Both the position numbers and the translations under genes were made by a program. This document shows, piece after piece, positions 62,060 to 64,000 of a stretch of 64,000 bases of DNA. The notes under the pieces are model-generated. The model was not told the origin of the DNA, searched no databases, and worked only from the letters and a program-made list of their open reading frames with translations. This DNA comes from Macrostomum hystrix. Taxonomy: Eukaryota; Animalia; Platyhelminthes. Position 1 is the first letter of the stretch; each line of letters begins with the position of its first letter. The stretch covers positions 8,494,001-8,558,000 of the forward strand of contig CATNEN010000003.1 in NCBI GenBank assembly GCA_950097015.1, given 5' to 3'.

Positions 62060-63243
62060 AATTAGGACTGACCAAAAATTCTATTAATTTAGGAAAAAAG
62101 ACACCTAAAAATCTTTTCTTTTAGGAAATGGGTTATAATGACTAAAGTACTATTATTTTAGTAATAAAGGACTGACCTAAATCTCTATCGTTTTAGGAAT
62201 GAAGGACTCACCTAAAATACTATCATTTTAGGAATAAAGGACTGACCTAAAATACTATCATTTTAGGAATAAAGGACTGACCTAAATTACTATCATTTTA
62301 GGAATGAAGGACTGACCTAAAATACTATCATTTTAGGAATGAAGGACTCACCTAAAATACTATCATTTTAGGAATGAAGGACTGACCTAAAATACTATCA
62401 TTTTAGGAATGAAGGACTGACCTAAAATACTATCATTTTAGGAATGAAGGACTGACCTAAATTTCTATCATTTTAGGAATGAAGGACTGACCTAAATTTC
62501 TATCATTTTAGGAATAAAGGACTGACCTAAAATACTATCATTTTAGGAATGAAGGACTGACCTAAAATACTATCATTTTAGGAATGAAGGACTGACCTAA
62601 AATACTATCATTTTAGGAATGAAGGACTGACCTAAAATACTATCATTTTAGGAATGAAGGACTCACCTAAAATACTATCATTTTGGGAATGAAGGACTGA
62701 CCTAAAATACTATCATTTTAGGAATGAAGGACTCACCTAAAATACTATCATTTTAGGAATGAAGGACTGACCTAAAATACTATCATTTTAGGAATGAAGG
62801 ACTGACCTAAAATACTATCATTTTAGGAATGAAGGACTCACCTAAAATACTATCATTTTAGGAATGAAGGACTCACCTAAAATACTATCATTTTAGGAAT
62901 GAAGGACTGACCTAAAATACTATCATTTTAGGAATGAAGGACTGACCTAAAATACTATCATTTTAGGAATGAAGGACTGACCTAAAATACTATCATTTTA
63001 GGAATGAAGGACTGACCTAAAATACTATCATTTTAAGAATGAAGAACTGACCTAAAATACTATCATTTTAGGAAATGGGAACTGACCTAAAATACTATCA
63101 TTTTAGGAAATGGGAACTGACCTAAAATACCAACCATTCAAGAAATAAAGGAACTCCAAAAATGAGGACTGACCTAAATTACTATCCTTTAGAAAATAAG
63201 GATTGACCAAAAATATTATCCTTCTAGGAATTAAGGACTGACC
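62060..63243. repeat. 35-bp minisatellite TTTTAGGAATGAAGGACTGACCTAAAATACTATCA upstream of GrpE
   Basis: Tandem units, each containing the inverted repeat TTTTAGG/CCTAAAA. Confidence 0.95.
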
Positions 63244-63611
63244 AGACTCGAAAAAAAGACAAAAATAATTAAGGCTTATAAAAAAGGTATTTAAGTTTTA
63301 CTTATTTTATTAATAGCATAGCTTTAGTCGGTTAGTAGCTAACAGACAACTGGAAACATTACATACATGAGCGAGTATAAATCACCTATATAGTGAAGTA
63401 GAGAGTATTTATGCTGTACTAGTACGGAAATGCACTATTAGTAAGTAACAATAAAATGCATACGATTCAGAACTCCAATTATACTATAATATGCTAGACA
63501 ACATACTAGTATAGTAGTATAATACGCATCGCATAAAGTTATATTGATAAGCGAATATTCACTAAGTTTATGAAGTTATCAAGACAGTAACGAGTCTCAG
63601 ACAATAAACAG

Positions 63612-63770
63612 AGAGGACTGACAGGACGCCACACCCACTCTAAATTAACCCATCTAATGCTGGTGCCCATTTAACAGCTGGATGAACCGAATTAATGCCA
63701 AGTCACTAAAGTGTTGTGCTAAAAGACAAAAAATGGTTATAGTCGAGTCGAGAATCGAACCCCTGACCTT
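63612..63770 (-). mobile_element. SINE family C copy (degenerate)
   Basis: Minus strand GGTTCGATTC ... CCAGCTGTTAAATGGGCACCAGCATTAG. Confidence 0.6.
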
Positions 63771-64000
63771 TTAACTAATGGCTGTAGTATTAGTTAAAAC
63801 GGTAGCTCTGAACTTATAACACACCTATATTATTTCAAATGAAACAAGAAATAAAGTCGAAGTGAAATTTAAAACCGACTGAACACTATTGGTATGATAA
63901 ATATACACTAAAGTGCTGTCCTCATTTAGTACATACTACTTAGCATCAGCAGTATCATCGCAAGTTGGTTTACAATCATTAACAACAACAGGATGGTGTA

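Overview
Eukaryotic (animal) genomic DNA with GT-AG spliceosomal introns. Roughly a third of the window is locus-specific tandem repeat; by inference the style resembles the repeat-rich flatworm Macrostomum, but this is unverified. Genes reconstructed by hand from splice sites: two tandem PAN/C-type-lectin genes plus a mosaic pseudogene fragment; a 2-exon 160-aa unknown beta-rich protein; a small single-pass membrane protein; TMEM35/NACHO-like; SZRD1-like; a 10-exon atypical soluble guanylate cyclase; a 3-exon AAA_28/NadR-like P-loop NTPase; HSP90B1 (GRP94); and mitochondrial GrpE. Mobile DNA includes three tRNA-headed SINE families, a LINE 3' remnant, an internally deleted maT-like Tc1/mariner element and a hAT MITE. 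The most striking element occurs twice as a ~242-bp solo-LTR-like unit (TGT...ACA ends, 5-bp TSD) and carries a minimal hammerhead ribozyme. The 53-nt ribozyme core is intact in one copy and precisely inverted in the other. Other highlights: NTPase introns built from hundreds of splice-site-like motifs, constant/variable mosaicism in the lectin cluster, unusual heme-pocket residues in the cyclase, a KTEL-only terminal coding exon, and an ERSE/UPRE/HSE cluster upstream of GRP94. Most long ORFs in the supplied track are translations of minisatellites and are not genes.
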